Part shown: in pieces, positions 63,951 to 64,000 of the stretch
Numbering within the stretch: the first letter of the stretch is position 1
Layout of the letters: each line of letters starts with the position of its first letter
From: Nemertoderma westbladi
Lineage: Eukaryota; Animalia; Xenacoelomorpha
Assembly: GCA_032718475.1 (NCBI GenBank)
Contig: JAUCBJ010006711.1
Location: 1 to 64,000, forward strand
DNA: 64,000 nucleotides
Direction of reading: 5' to 3'
The notes under the pieces: generated by a model
Database searches by the model: none
What the model was told of the DNA's origin: nothing
What the model saw: only the letters and a program-made list of their open reading frames with translations
Translations under genes and position numbers: made by a program

Positions 63951-64000
63951 GAAGTATTAAAGCCATGTCAAAATCATTGGTGTTTTTCTGCAATAATTTA
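63951..64000. repeat. Satellite resumes after the LTR element
   Basis: GAAGTATTAAAGCCATGTCAAAATC continues the monomer broken at 25744. Confidence 0.95.

Overview
Eukaryotic (probably invertebrate) heterochromatin with no host genes. A ~418-420 bp satellite array (1-719, 6799-25744, resuming at 63951) carries two insertions. The first is a tandem pair of ~3.04 kb non-coding elements (720-6798) with CGAGA at all three junctions. The second is a 38.2 kb nested pair of related BEL/Pao LTR retrotransposons: an outer + strand element (25745-63950, 2.27 kb LTRs, GAAGT TSD) and an inner - strand element (37874-56549, 1.91 kb LTRs, GTGGG TSD). Both retroelements carry, in the env position, a ~1240-aa ORF3 with a DEDDy/WRN-like 3'-5' exonuclease domain, three CCHC knuckles and an RG tail. 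ORF3 is preceded by a conserved, covarying non-coding spacer. Both elements also share about 24 dispersed copies of a 20-nt palindrome (GGAAGGCTYGCGAGCCTACC) read in all three frames, tRNA-like Pol III cassettes in the LTRs, a non-tRNA PBS (GTAGGAA) and a hairpin-plus-GGAGCGG PPT. Both copies are disabled. All alignments and counts were made by eye.
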